Below are positions 8,754 through 19,379 of a stretch of 64,000 nucleotides of DNA, piece by piece. Location of the stretch: positions 69,115 to 133,114 of the forward strand of contig CAZIUK010000001.1 of NCBI GenBank assembly GCA_964542785.1, given 5' to 3'. Source of the DNA: an uncultured Planctomycetales bacterium. GTDB lineage: Bacteria; Omnitrophota; Gorgyraeia; Gygaellales; Profunditerraquicolaceae. The notes under the pieces were generated by a model. It had not been told where the DNA came from and made no database searches. It was given only the letters and a program-made list of their open reading frames with translations. Numbering within the stretch: position 1 is the stretch's first letter; each line of letters opens with the position of its first letter. Both the position numbers and the translations under genes were made by a program.

Positions 8754-10340
8754 ATGTTTAAAATTTTAGTAAGCGATCCTCTTTCGGAGGAGAGTTTAAG
8801 GATATTAAAAGAGGTAAAGGATTTTGAAGTTGAGGTAAGGATGGGTCTCTCTTCAGAAGAGTTGAAAAGTATAATAAAAGAGTATGATGCGCTTTTGGTG
8901 CGTAGCGCTACTAAAGTAACTAAGGATATTATTGCTTCTGCCGATAGGTTAAAGGTTATTGGACGTGCGGGTGTGGGGCTTGATAATATTGATCTTGATG
9001 CAGCGACTCAGAAGGGTATTATTGTAATGAATACCCCTGGAGGAAATACAATCTCTACTGCAGAACATGCCTTTAGTTTGATATTAGCTTTATCCCGTAA
9101 TATACCTCAGGCAAATATCTCTACTAAAAAAGGAGAGTGGAAGCGCTCTAAATTTACAGGGGTAGAGCTTTATGCTAAGGTTTTAGGGGTTATTGGTTTT
9201 GGTAGGATAGGCAAAGAAGTTGCCAAGCGCGCGCTTTCTTTTGGGATGCGCGTTTTGGCCTATGACCCGTTTTTGTCTAAAGATGTGGCTGAGGGTTTAG
9301 GAGTAGAAGTAGTGGAGTTAAAAGAGTTGTTTAGCCAATCGGATTATATTACTCTACACATTCCCATTACAGAAGAGACTAAGCACATGATATCTAATGA
9401 AGAGTTTATACAGATGAAAGATGGGGTGCGTTTGATTAATTGCTCAAGAGGAGGAGTTATAGATGAAGTGGCTTTACTTTCTGCTATTAAGAAGGGTAAG
9501 GTCTCAGGGGCGGCTTTAGATGTTTTTGAGAGAGAACCCATTGATCCTAATCATGAATTTTTAAAGATGGATAATATCATCCTCACTCCTCATTTAGGGG
9601 CGTCAACTGAGGAGGCGCAGGCAAATGTTGCCATAGAGGTAGCGGAGATTGTCCGTGACGCATTATTAGGCAAGGGGATACGCAATGCTGCTAATTACCC
9701 CTGTTTAGAAGCTGAGGTTTGTAAAGTGCTTGACCCTTACATATCCCTTTGTGAGAAGATGGGAGCTTTTGTTAGCCAACTTGTAGAGGGTAGATTTTTA
9801 GAGATTGATATAAGCTATAGCGGCAGTATAGCTACTTATGATGTAACCTCATTGACTATGGCTTTATGCAAGGGGTTACTCTCTTTGATATTAAATGAAA
9901 ACGTGAATTTTATTAATGCCGTCTCTTTGGCTAAAGAGAGAGGGATTAAAATTAAAGAGGCAAAATCTCCTAAAGAAGGAGAGTTTGTAAATCTTGTTCA
10001 GGTTGAGTTAAAGACAGATAAAGAGTCGAGGGTAATTTCAGGGACTTTGTCAGGGAATAAACAGCCGAGGATTATTAAGATTGATGAATATTATCTTGAG
10101 CTTGCTCCTTCTAGGGATATGATATATATTGAGAACTTAGACAAGAAGGGGTTAATCGGAAGTCTAGGGATGCTCCTAGGAAGAGAGAATGTTAATATTG
10201 CCGCTATGACTATTGGCCGCGATAAGCCCGGGGGCAGGGCAATCAGCGTTTGGAATATAGACAGCCGTGCTTCAAATGAGTTGGTCCAAAAGATAAAAAA
10301 GTTAGAGAATATTTTAACGGCAAAAGGAATCAGGATTTAA
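8754..10340 (+). CDS. serA: D-3-phosphoglycerate dehydrogenase, long form with C-terminal ASB/ACT domains
   Basis: NAD-binding GVIGFGRIGKEVA. D-2-hydroxyacid dehydrogenase catalytic region. 528 aa with an ACT-like tail. Confidence 0.88.
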   Translation: MFKILVSDPLSEESLRILKEVKDFEVEVRMGLSSEELKSIIKEYDALLVRSATKVTKDIIASADRLKVIGRAGVGLDNIDLDAATQKGIIVMNTPGGNTISTAEHAFSLILALSRNIPQANISTKKGEWKRSKFTGVELYAKVLGVIGFGRIGKEVAKRALSFGMRVLAYDPFLSKDVAEGLGVEVVELKELFSQSDYITLHIPITEETKHMISNEEFIQMKDGVRLINCSRGGVIDEVALLSAIKKGKVSGAALDVFEREPIDPNHEFLKMDNIILTPHLGASTEEAQANVAIEVAEIVRDALLGKGIRNAANYPCLEAEVCKVLDPYISLCEKMGAFVSQLVEGRFLEIDISYSGSIATYDVTSLTMALCKGLLSLILNENVNFINAVSLAKERGIKIKEAKSPKEGEFVNLVQVELKTDKESRVISGTLSGNKQPRIIKIDEYYLELAPSRDMIYIENLDKKGLIGSLGMLLGRENVNIAAMTIGRDKPGGRAISVWNIDSRASNELVQKIKKLENILTAKGIRI

Positions 10341-10353
10341 AAAAGAGGTAGAG

Positions 10354-11592
10354 ATGAAAAATAAGCCAAAGATATCAATAATTGACGTGACTAACCGCGA
10401 CGGAGTCCAAACCTCGCGTATATGCCTTTCTAAATTACAAAAGACCATGCTTAATCTTTATTTAGATGGGATGGGGGTATTTCAGTCAGAGTTTGGTTTT
10501 CCTTTAACGCGGCATGAGACTAATTACCTTAATGCCAATCTTCAGCTATCAGAAAGAGGAATCCTTCCTTTAATAAGGCTTGGAGGATGGCTACGCGCAA
10601 CGCCCGGAGACATAAAAAAAGCTTTTAAGTTAACCCCGAATCTTAAACATGTAAACCTATCTATATCTACCTCTGACCAGATGATAGTAAATAAGTTTAG
10701 GGGTAAACTTGATCATCAATCGGTAATAAAGGATATGACTGAGGCGGTCAAAGAGGCAAAGGGTTTAGGCGCTATTTCTATTGGGGTAAATGCAGAGGAT
10801 GCCTCAAGGACAGAGATGGATTACCTGATTGAGTTTTCTTTAAGCGCAAAAAATGCAGGGGCAGATAGGATACGTTATTGCGATACGCTTGGTTTTGATA
10901 CCCCCTTTAGCATATATGAGAGGATAAAGGCTCTAGCAGAGGTTGTTAAGATACCAATAGAAGTGCATTGTCACAATGATTTAGGATTGGTTGTGGCTAA
11001 TTCTATTGCCGGGGCGAAAGCGGCCAATGATGCAGGGGTGGACGCATATATTAATACTTGCGTAAATGGGATGGGTGAGCGCGCAGGTAATGCAGATTTA
11101 GTCTCAGTTATTTTAGCGATAAAATACGGAAGCGGTATGGGGAGGTATTTTTTAGACGAAAATATAGATTTAAAAAAAGCGTGGAGGATATGTAAATACG
11201 CTTCTTATGCTTTTGGGGTGCCTGTACCGATAAACCAGCCGGGAATAGGCGCGAATGCCTTTGCCCATGAATCCGGTATACATGCTGACGGAGCATTAAA
11301 AGATAGGCGTAATTATGAGCTTTATGATTATGAGGAATTAGGCAGGGGTGAGCCTGAAATTATTGAAACGGGGCGCAAGATTACTGCTGGAGAATACTCG
11401 GGGATAAAAGGGTTTAGGAATGTCTACGAGAAGATTGAGGTTTCCTTTTCTGACGATAAAGAGGCGGCTGAAGTTTTGGAATTGGTAAGATACGCTAATG
11501 TGCATAATCAAAAGCCTCTGGTAGATGATGAGCTTAAGTTTGTAGCTAAATATCCGGATATCGCCCGGCAGTTATTTACAATGGCACCTTAG
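10354..11592 (+). CDS. DRE-TIM metallolyase of the 2-isopropylmalate/homocitrate/citramalate synthase family, short form without a LeuA-type regulatory domain
   Basis: IIDVTNRDGVQT (RDGxQ motif) and HCHNDLGL...HESGIH metal-binding motifs. 412 aa. Substrate cannot be assigned from sequence alone. Confidence 0.6.
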   Translation: MKNKPKISIIDVTNRDGVQTSRICLSKLQKTMLNLYLDGMGVFQSEFGFPLTRHETNYLNANLQLSERGILPLIRLGGWLRATPGDIKKAFKLTPNLKHVNLSISTSDQMIVNKFRGKLDHQSVIKDMTEAVKEAKGLGAISIGVNAEDASRTEMDYLIEFSLSAKNAGADRIRYCDTLGFDTPFSIYERIKALAEVVKIPIEVHCHNDLGLVVANSIAGAKAANDAGVDAYINTCVNGMGERAGNADLVSVILAIKYGSGMGRYFLDENIDLKKAWRICKYASYAFGVPVPINQPGIGANAFAHESGIHADGALKDRRNYELYDYEELGRGEPEIIETGRKITAGEYSGIKGFRNVYEKIEVSFSDDKEAAEVLELVRYANVHNQKPLVDDELKFVAKYPDIARQLFTMAP

Positions 11593-11614
11593 TCTTTTTT
11601 AAAATGAAAGTTGA

Positions 11615-12907
<1,293 letters not shown>

Positions 12908-12969
12908 ATTAGCTTATGTTATAGTAAAAAAAATTAAATTAGGCAATTATAATAATAAGGAGAGATAGG

Positions 12970-13623
12970 ATGGTAAAGAGATTAAAAATTATACTGGTGA
13001 TTTTATTAGGCTTATTGTTGTCAAGCTGCACATTTATATTTCAAAAAGGAAGGCGTTCCGATGCATTGAAGATAGAGGAGCTTACTTCTCAGTTGGAAGA
13101 GTTATCGCGTGCTAAAAGCCTGCTTGAGGAGAGGCTAGGAAGAGAGATATCCGATAAGCAGATAAAATTAGAGATGATGGAGAAAGGGTTAGTTATTACT
13201 GTAGTTGGGGATTTGCTCTTTGATTCAGGGAAAGCTAAGATAAGATCTGAGGCATATTCGCTTTTAGATAAGGTTTCTGACGTATTAAAGGAGAATATGT
13301 CTGATTTTAATATAGGGATAGAGGGTTATACAGACGATGTTCCTATCAAGCATTCCAGTTGGAAGTCTAATTGGGAGCTATCCACAGCCCGCTCTTTAAG
13401 CGTTTTGCATTTTCTTGTTAATGAAAAAGGTATTTCTCCTGAAAGACTTTCGGCAATAGGCTTTGGTGAATATCGCCCAGTCGCATCTAATGATACAAGA
13501 GAAGGCAGGAGATTAAACCGCAGGGTTGAGATTGTTATACAGCCGAAGATATCCAAGGTAAAAGAGTCCGGTGTTCCTAAGGAATCGTCCGGTATTATTG
13601 TTCCCAGTAGTAACCTAAAATAA
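12970..13623 (+). CDS. OmpA/MotB-family peptidoglycan-binding lipoprotein
   Basis: Lipoprotein signal with lipobox LLSSC. A coiled-coil linker. An OmpA C-terminal-like domain (TDDVP...NWELSTARSLSV...NRRVEIVI). Confidence 0.7.
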   Translation: MVKRLKIILVILLGLLLSSCTFIFQKGRRSDALKIEELTSQLEELSRAKSLLEERLGREISDKQIKLEMMEKGLVITVVGDLLFDSGKAKIRSEAYSLLDKVSDVLKENMSDFNIGIEGYTDDVPIKHSSWKSNWELSTARSLSVLHFLVNEKGISPERLSAIGFGEYRPVASNDTREGRRLNRRVEIVIQPKISKVKESGVPKESSGIIVPSSNLK

Positions 13624-13638
13624 GCGTATCTTTCTTAT

Positions 13639-14010
13639 ATGGAAGGTTTTTTAAAAAATAGGCCTGTTTTTTTATTATTAATAATAAGCCTCTTTCTTTT
13701 AGTGGCCAATATTGCCTCTTGTTTTAATCTATATAGTCAGAGTTCTTACCGGAGAAAAGAGATGGCAGGGCGCTTAGAAGCCGAAGAGAAGGTAGCAAAG
13801 CTTTTTATTGATAAGGCATCTTTAGCAGGAAAATTAAAAGAAATAGAAAGAGAACTAGAGCAGGAGAGGGCATCCCTAGAGGCAGTTAAAAAGGATTTGC
13901 TTCAGGAGCAGTTAGTATGTCAATCCCTTAAAGAAGATTTGCAAAAAGCCGTTAAATTAAAAGAGGGCCTTGAGGGGGAATTAAAAAAGACTTTAAAAGC
14001 AAACAAATAA
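13639..14010 (+). CDS. small membrane-anchored coiled-coil protein (FtsB/DivIC-like architecture), function unknown
   Basis: One N-terminal TM helix followed by about 90 aa of heptad-rich, charged coiled coil. 123 aa. Confidence 0.4.
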   Translation: MEGFLKNRPVFLLLIISLFLLVANIASCFNLYSQSSYRRKEMAGRLEAEEKVAKLFIDKASLAGKLKEIERELEQERASLEAVKKDLLQEQLVCQSLKEDLQKAVKLKEGLEGELKKTLKANK

Positions 14011-14073
14011 GGATAACAAGATATGAAGTAGCATTGTTATGAGTAAAGAACAGTTTTTCATAGTTCTTTTAAA

Positions 14074-14096
14074 AAGGGGAAGAGTTCCCCTTTTTT
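14074..14096 (+). terminator. rho-independent terminator
   Basis: AAGGGGA-agagt-TCCCCTT hairpin followed by a T6 run, about 60 nt after the stop of the upstream ORF. Confidence 0.65.
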
Positions 14097-14119
14097 GTTA
14101 AGAGAAACGGAGGGAGGAT

Positions 14120-15109
14120 ATGTCTAAGAAAAAGCGCTTTAGTCTTAAAAAAAAGTCAAAGCCGAAGGTTGCTATTAAAAAGAGAGTATCCTTAAAAAAA
14201 ACATCTTCATTAAGAAAAGGGAAAAAGAGAGTTGATTTAAAATCTTCATTGCAAGATAAAAGAATTGATTTAAGTAGGCAGGAGGTAGTAGTAGGGGCAG
14301 TTAAATTCACGCATCCTAAGCAGATGGCTATGCAAGGGCGCTTTACGGAAGAACTCCCTGTTAAATACGGAAAGGATACTTTGGTTTTAGTAGTACGCGA
14401 CCCGTGGTGGGTCTATTCTTATTGGGAGGTCTTGGATTCTACTTGGGATAGAGTAAGGGTAGAACTTAAAGATGAATTTTATGGCGCAAAGAAGATTCTA
14501 CGTGTCTACGATGTTACTGATATTATCTTTAATGGCTTAAACGCAAATAAATTCTTTGATATTCATATCCGGGATGATGCCTTTAACTGGTATATAGATA
14601 TAGGTATCCCTGGAAGGTCTTGGTGTGTGGATTACGGACTCTTGTTAAAGAGTGGAAGGTTTGTAACTATATTGCGTTCTAATATCGTAGAAACTCCTTT
14701 GGATGGGCCTTCTTGGATTACGGATGAGGAGTGGATAATCCCTGAGGACATCTTTGCACGGCTTTATGGCATGGGGTTTGGTTTTGGCAAGAGTTCTCCT
14801 GCTGCTGGGGGTTGGCGTAAGGGGATTGTAAGCTCTCCGGGGATAGCCTCTATGGCAAGCCCTGTTAAAAAAGGAGTTTCAAAAGATTTTTGGCTTTTGG
14901 TAAATTGTGAGTTGATTGTCTATGGTGCTACTGAACCTGATGCGAAGGTTACGGTACAGGGCAGGCCTATAGCCTTAAGGCCTGATGGGACTTTTACTTT
15001 ACGTTTTGCTTTGCCAGACGGCAAACAAGTAATCCCGGTTAAGGCAATCTCAAAAGACAATTCTCAAAATAGGTCAGTTACGCCTGTAGTGACTAGAGAG
15101 ACAAGATGA
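14120..15109 (+). CDS. DUF4912-family protein (the GH57-associated family) with an extremely Lys/Arg-rich N-terminal tail
   Basis: Conserved WxxxxYWE-type core (DPWWVYSYWEV) characteristic of DUF4912. Overlaps the GH57 gene by 4 nt. The first ~50 aa are more than 40% K/R. Confidence 0.6.
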   Translation: MSKKKRFSLKKKSKPKVAIKKRVSLKKTSSLRKGKKRVDLKSSLQDKRIDLSRQEVVVGAVKFTHPKQMAMQGRFTEELPVKYGKDTLVLVVRDPWWVYSYWEVLDSTWDRVRVELKDEFYGAKKILRVYDVTDIIFNGLNANKFFDIHIRDDAFNWYIDIGIPGRSWCVDYGLLLKSGRFVTILRSNIVETPLDGPSWITDEEWIIPEDIFARLYGMGFGFGKSSPAAGGWRKGIVSSPGIASMASPVKKGVSKDFWLLVNCELIVYGATEPDAKVTVQGRPIALRPDGTFTLRFALPDGKQVIPVKAISKDNSQNRSVTPVVTRETR

Positions 15110-16689
15110 TGCATAAAGGATACCTTTGTTTAGTATTGCATGGCCATCTTCCTTATGTTCGGCATCCTGAACATGAAGATTTTTTAGAGGAAGATTGGCT
15201 TTATGAAGCAATTACTGAAACCTATGTGCCGTTGATTTTGGCATTTGAAAGGTTGGTTAATGATGGGGTTGATTTTCGCCTTACCATGACCTTAAGCCCT
15301 ACTCTAATCTCTATGCTTTCAGACTCGCTTTTGCAGGAGCGATATCTAAAACATATAAATCGTTTGATTGAATTAGCGAATAAAGAGAAAGAACGAACGC
15401 GCTGGCAGGCGCAATACCATGAGTTATCCGTTATGTATCTTAATGAGTTTACATCTGCGCGGGATACTTTCTTAAGGTATGGGAGAAATTTAGCCAATGC
15501 CTTTAAGAGGTTCCAGGATTTAGGAAAGCTTGAGATTATTACCTGCGGGGCTACTCATGGTTATTTTCCTTTGATGGATATCTGCAAAGAGTCAGTGCGT
15601 GCGCAGGTTAAGGTAGCTGTTGCGCATTATGAGAGTTTCTTCGGAAGGAAACCAAGAGGTATATGGTTGCCTGAATGCGGGTATAGCCCGGGACATGATA
15701 GCGTATTAAAAGAGGCAGGGTTATTATACTTTTTTACTGATTCTCACGGATTATTGCATGGTAAGCCCCGGCCAAAATATGGGGTCTTTGCTCCGGTCTA
15801 TTGTAAAGGTAGCGGGGTTGCTTGTTTTGCTAGGGATTTAGAATCTTCAAAACAGGTTTGGAGCTCTATTGAGGGTTACCCTGGAGATTACAACTACCGG
15901 GAGTTTTATCGTGATATTGGTTTTGATTTAGAATATGATTACATCAAGCCCTATATACATCCTGACGGTATCAGGATCAATACCGGTATTAAGTATTATC
16001 GGATTACCGGCATCGGTAATCATAAAGAGCCATATGTCCCTGATTGGGCGCGGCAAAAGGCTGCGGAGCATGCTGGTAACTTTATGTTTAACCGTCAGAA
16101 GCAGGTAGAATACCTCTATGATTTGTTGGGTAAAAAGCCGATTATAGTTTCTCCTTATGATGCGGAGTTATTTGGGCACTGGTGGTATGAAGGGCCTTTA
16201 TGGCTTGAGTTTTTGATACGTAAAATAGCTTTTGACCAGAAGGAATTAAGCTTGATCACTCCCTCTGAATATTTGCGTGAAAATCCAAGGAATCAGGTAC
16301 TAGCTCCTTCTATGTCAAGTTGGGGGTGGAAGGGTTATAGCGAGATGTGGTTACAAGGGCCTAATGATTGGATTTACCGTCATTTACATAATGCCTCTAA
16401 AAGAATGACAGAGTTGGTTAAAGGCAATCCGGATGCCGGAGGGTTAGACAGGAGGGCTTTAAATCAGGCGTTAAGAGAGCTTTTGCTTGCGCAAAGTTCA
16501 GATTGGGCATTTATATTAGGCACAGGGACGCATATTGAATATGCTGTACGTCGTACAAAGAGCCATCTATTGAGGTTTAACCGCCTGTATGAGGATATTA
16601 AAAATAATACAATAGACCAGTCTTGGTTGAGTAGTATTGAGTATAAAGACAATATATTTCCTGATATAGATTACAGGGTCCATCAGTAA
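15106..16689 (+). CDS. glycoside hydrolase family 57 alpha-glucan branching enzyme-like protein
   Basis: N-terminal LCLVLHGHLPYVRHPE, the GH57 hallmark. About 527 aa, like GH57 GlgB-type branching enzymes. glgA lies 30 kb downstream. Confidence 0.8.
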   Translation: MMHKGYLCLVLHGHLPYVRHPEHEDFLEEDWLYEAITETYVPLILAFERLVNDGVDFRLTMTLSPTLISMLSDSLLQERYLKHINRLIELANKEKERTRWQAQYHELSVMYLNEFTSARDTFLRYGRNLANAFKRFQDLGKLEIITCGATHGYFPLMDICKESVRAQVKVAVAHYESFFGRKPRGIWLPECGYSPGHDSVLKEAGLLYFFTDSHGLLHGKPRPKYGVFAPVYCKGSGVACFARDLESSKQVWSSIEGYPGDYNYREFYRDIGFDLEYDYIKPYIHPDGIRINTGIKYYRITGIGNHKEPYVPDWARQKAAEHAGNFMFNRQKQVEYLYDLLGKKPIIVSPYDAELFGHWWYEGPLWLEFLIRKIAFDQKELSLITPSEYLRENPRNQVLAPSMSSWGWKGYSEMWLQGPNDWIYRHLHNASKRMTELVKGNPDAGGLDRRALNQALRELLLAQSSDWAFILGTGTHIEYAVRRTKSHLLRFNRLYEDIKNNTIDQSWLSSIEYKDNIFPDIDYRVHQ

Positions 16690-17400
16690 ATGCTGGTTAA
16701 AGATAATCTGCCTAAGCATATTGCTATTATTATGGATGGAAATGGCCGTTGGGCAAAAGAGCGGTCATTGCCGCGTAACTATGGGCATCGTGAGGGGGTA
16801 AAGAGGGTTAAGGAAATTGTTCGGGTAGCGGCTAAAAAAGGAGTAGGTTTTATTACTTTTTTTGCCTTTTCCACTGAAAATTGGAACAGACCAAAAAAAG
16901 AGGTAAATATGCTCATGCGCTATTTAGATAATTTTCTTACGCGTGAAATAGATGATATGCATAAGAAGGGTATTCGTTTTAAGGTTATAGGGGATATCAG
17001 CCGATTGCCTGAGGATATACAAAAAAAGATAAATAACGCGCAAGAGAAAACTACGGGGAATACAGGGTTGACTGTAGTTTTGGCATTAAATTACGGCTCA
17101 AGGCAGGAGATATTAGAGGCAGCGAAGAAGTTTGCCCGGGGCGTACTCTCTAGGCGTATATCTCTTCAGGGGCTTAACTCGGATATATTTAGCAGCTATC
17201 TTTATACCCGGGGTATCCCTGATCCGGACCTTTTAATACGCACAAGCGGAGAGATGCGCTTGAGTAATTTTTTGCTTTGGCAGTTATCCTATTCAGAGTT
17301 TTTCTTTGTGGATAAATATTGGCCTGATTTTAAGGAAGAGGATTTCATGGCTGTTTTAGAAGGGTATAAATTAAGAGAGAGGAGATTTGGGGGTTTATAG
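16690..17400 (+). CDS. uppS: undecaprenyl diphosphate synthase (cis-prenyltransferase)
   Basis: HIAIIMDGNGRWA and FSTENWNRP motifs. 236 aa. Confidence 0.92.
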   Translation: MLVKDNLPKHIAIIMDGNGRWAKERSLPRNYGHREGVKRVKEIVRVAAKKGVGFITFFAFSTENWNRPKKEVNMLMRYLDNFLTREIDDMHKKGIRFKVIGDISRLPEDIQKKINNAQEKTTGNTGLTVVLALNYGSRQEILEAAKKFARGVLSRRISLQGLNSDIFSSYLYTRGIPDPDLLIRTSGEMRLSNFLLWQLSYSEFFFVDKYWPDFKEEDFMAVLEGYKLRERRFGGL

Positions 17401-18225
17401 ATGTCAATAAAAAGGATATTAACTTCTACTCTGGTAAAAAGGATATTAACTTCTGCCTTGTTAATTTCTGTGATTATTGTGGTTATTTCTCTTGATTGGC
17501 TTTGTAGTTTAACAGTTGTTTTATTTATAGCCGCAGGGCTCTATGAGTTTTTTCTTATGCTTGAGCATAAAGGGACTGTGACTTATAAGTATTTCGGCGT
17601 AGTTTTAGGTTCGTTAATTCCGATATCAATAATGTTGCGTTTCGAATTAACTAAGGGCTGGGAGTTTCTTTTTATCATACTCGCGCTTTTATTTTTAATT
17701 ATTATGCAGTTTAAGCGTCACCAGCATACCGGGGCGATAATAGGTATTTCAACTACGGTCTTTGGCATAGTTTATATCTCTTGGTCTTTTAGTTTTTTGA
17801 TTAAGATAAGATATCTTGAGCGAGGGCTTATTTTACTTGCTGCGCTTCTTTTGTTAACTAAGTCATGTGATGTCGGAGCGTATCTTATCGGTAGTAGATT
17901 TGGCAAACATCCTTTGGCCCCGAGTATAAGCCCGCATAAGACTATTGAAGGGTCTTTAGGAGGGATTATTTTTAGTATTTTAGCAGCTATAATTTTTAAG
18001 CCTATTTTGGGTTTTAGCTATTTAACGCTTGTACTCTTAGGTATAGGGATGAGTATTTTAGGGCAGCTAGGAGATATTTCTGAATCTTTGATAAAGCGCG
18101 ATTGTCAGGTAAAAGATTCAGGGAGTATCTTTCCGGGGATGGGAGGGGTGTTAGACCAAATAGATAGCCTTCTTTTTACTGCCCCGGTTTTTTACTTTTT
18201 CTTAAGCGTATTTTTGCCAAGATGA
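17401..18225 (+). CDS. cdsA: phosphatidate cytidylyltransferase (CDP-diglyceride synthase)
   Basis: Multi-TM protein with the C-terminal CTP-transferase signature SxxKRxxxVKDxG (SLIKRDCQVKDSG...GGVLDQIDS). In the conserved uppS-cdsA-dxr position. Confidence 0.85.
   Translation: MSIKRILTSTLVKRILTSALLISVIIVVISLDWLCSLTVVLFIAAGLYEFFLMLEHKGTVTYKYFGVVLGSLIPISIMLRFELTKGWEFLFIILALLFLIIMQFKRHQHTGAIIGISTTVFGIVYISWSFSFLIKIRYLERGLILLAALLLLTKSCDVGAYLIGSRFGKHPLAPSISPHKTIEGSLGGIIFSILAAIIFKPILGFSYLTLVLLGIGMSILGQLGDISESLIKRDCQVKDSGSIFPGMGGVLDQIDSLLFTAPVFYFFLSVFLPR
17409..17462 (+). repeat. 27-bp in-frame tandem duplication (2 copies) at the 5' end of cdsA
   Basis: AAAAAGGATATTAACTTCT recurs at exactly 27 nt offset (17409 and 17436). 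It encodes KRILTST / KRILTSA in the N-terminal tail. Confidence 0.8.
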
Positions 18226-19373
18226 AAAATATCGCTGTATTCGGCTCAACTGGTTCTATAGGAAAGAATACGCTTCAGGTGGTAAGGAGGTTTCCGGATA
18301 AGTTCAGAGTATCGGCATTAACCGCAAACTTAGATACTTCTTCTTTGCTTTTGCAGATTAAAGAGTTTTTGCCTAAGTTTGTTTGTGTAGGGGATAGAAA
18401 CTCTGCACTTTTGATAAAAAAGTATTTTGGCAGGAGAGTAAAGGTTTATTTTGGGGAGAACGGGTTAGTAGAGTTAGCAGGAGAGAAAACGTTAGGTAAG
18501 TGCGTTTTTGCTATAAGCGGTTCTGCTGCTCTTTCTCCTTTAGTTAGTGCGATAAAGAGTAAAAAAGATATTGCCTTAGCGAATAAAGAGGCATTGGTAA
18601 TGGCAGGGGCTCTTATTATGCGTATGGCTAAAAAGGAGAAGGTAAAGATTATTCCCATTGATAGCGAGCAATCAGCAATCTGGCAGTGTTTGCAAGGAGA
18701 GGATAAGAAAAATCTTAAGATGGTTTACCTTACAGCATCAGGAGGGCCGCTATTAAAAGAGAATCTCTCTAGTTTAAGGAGAGTTTCTCTCTTGAAGGTC
18801 TTAAGGCATCCTAGATGGAAGATGGGGAGAAAGATTACTGTGGATTCTGCAACGCTTATGAATAAGGGATTAGAGTTTTTAGAGGCGATGTTTTTATTTG
18901 ATATTAGCCATAGTATGATTAAAGTTTTAATTCACCCTGAGGCCTTAATTCACTCAATGGTTGAGTTTAGAGACGGGGTTATTTTAGCTCAATTTTCTAG
19001 GGCGGATATGCGCATACCTATTCAGTATGCCCTTTCATACCCTGATAGGCTGGATAGCGTTTTGCCGAGTATAGATTTTGTTAAATTAAAATATTTATCT
19101 TTTGAAAGTCCGGATACCTTGAAGTTCCCGTGTTTAAAATTAGCTTACTATGCGGCTAAGGAGTTAGGAACTTTGCCTGCGGTGATGAATGCGGCTAATG
19201 AGGTTGCCGTAGACGCCTTCTTAAACGCTAAGATAAGGTTTACTTCTATTTACGATATTGTAAGCAAGGTTATGCGTAAACATGAGAATAAGGCTGATCC
19301 TGGTTTAGAGGATATTCGGCAGGCTGACCTTTGGGCAAAGGATAAAGCGCGTAGTTATTTAAAAGTACATTAG
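18222..19373 (+). CDS. dxr: 1-deoxy-D-xylulose 5-phosphate reductoisomerase
   Basis: N-terminal NADPH motif IAVFGSTGSIGKNTL. 383 aa. Confidence 0.92.
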   Translation: MKNIAVFGSTGSIGKNTLQVVRRFPDKFRVSALTANLDTSSLLLQIKEFLPKFVCVGDRNSALLIKKYFGRRVKVYFGENGLVELAGEKTLGKCVFAISGSAALSPLVSAIKSKKDIALANKEALVMAGALIMRMAKKEKVKIIPIDSEQSAIWQCLQGEDKKNLKMVYLTASGGPLLKENLSSLRRVSLLKVLRHPRWKMGRKITVDSATLMNKGLEFLEAMFLFDISHSMIKVLIHPEALIHSMVEFRDGVILAQFSRADMRIPIQYALSYPDRLDSVLPSIDFVKLKYLSFESPDTLKFPCLKLAYYAAKELGTLPAVMNAANEVAVDAFLNAKIRFTSIYDIVSKVMRKHENKADPGLEDIRQADLWAKDKARSYLKVH

Positions 19374-19379
19374 GAGGAT

